Positions 63,970-64,000 of a DNA stretch of 64,000 nucleotides are shown here, in pieces. The position numbers were made by a program, and so were the translations under genes. Within the stretch, counting starts at the first letter, position 1. The number at the start of each line of letters is the position of its first letter. The notes under the pieces were generated by a model that saw nothing but the letters and a program-made list of their open reading frames with translations, was not told the DNA's origin and did not search any database. Where the stretch lies: positions 558,001 to 622,000 of the forward strand of contig JAPETS010000008.1 of the NCBI GenBank assembly GCA_026023565.1. Reading direction: 5' to 3'. Source of the stretch: Cirrosporium novae-zelandiae. Taxonomy: Eukaryota.

Positions 63970-64000
63970 ACCCTCAAATAACTCAAGGCAGTTAAGAAAG

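Overview
Eukaryotic, intron-containing DNA from a filamentous ascomycete (Pezizomycotina; Eurotiomycete-like by inference from gene content and intron style). Seventeen spliced protein-coding genes can be reconstructed by hand, each with GT..AG introns and an exon sum divisible by three. In order: a hidden 27-aa three-exon metallothionein missed by the ORF track; a Clg1/Pcl-type cyclin; fumarase; GNA1; RPS30; a secreted CREG-like protein; an 8-exon ~1059-aa protein with a DUF262 (GmrSD/SspE-type) domain; a GNAT acetyltransferase; an FLC/TRP-like channel; an orphan gene; the C2H2 regulator MtfA, behind a ~13 kb gene-free upstream region; UBP6; ARC19/ARPC4; a fungal RRM-like protein; a class I methyltransferase; TYW3; and a DUF2461 protein whose last intron holds a predicted structured RNA element. 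No tRNA, rRNA, CRISPR array or recognisable transposon was seen. The most interesting items are the domesticated DUF262 gene, the micro-metallothionein, the structured intron and sharp intragenic C-rich to G-rich strand-skew switches. All family assignments come from motif recognition by eye, not database searches.
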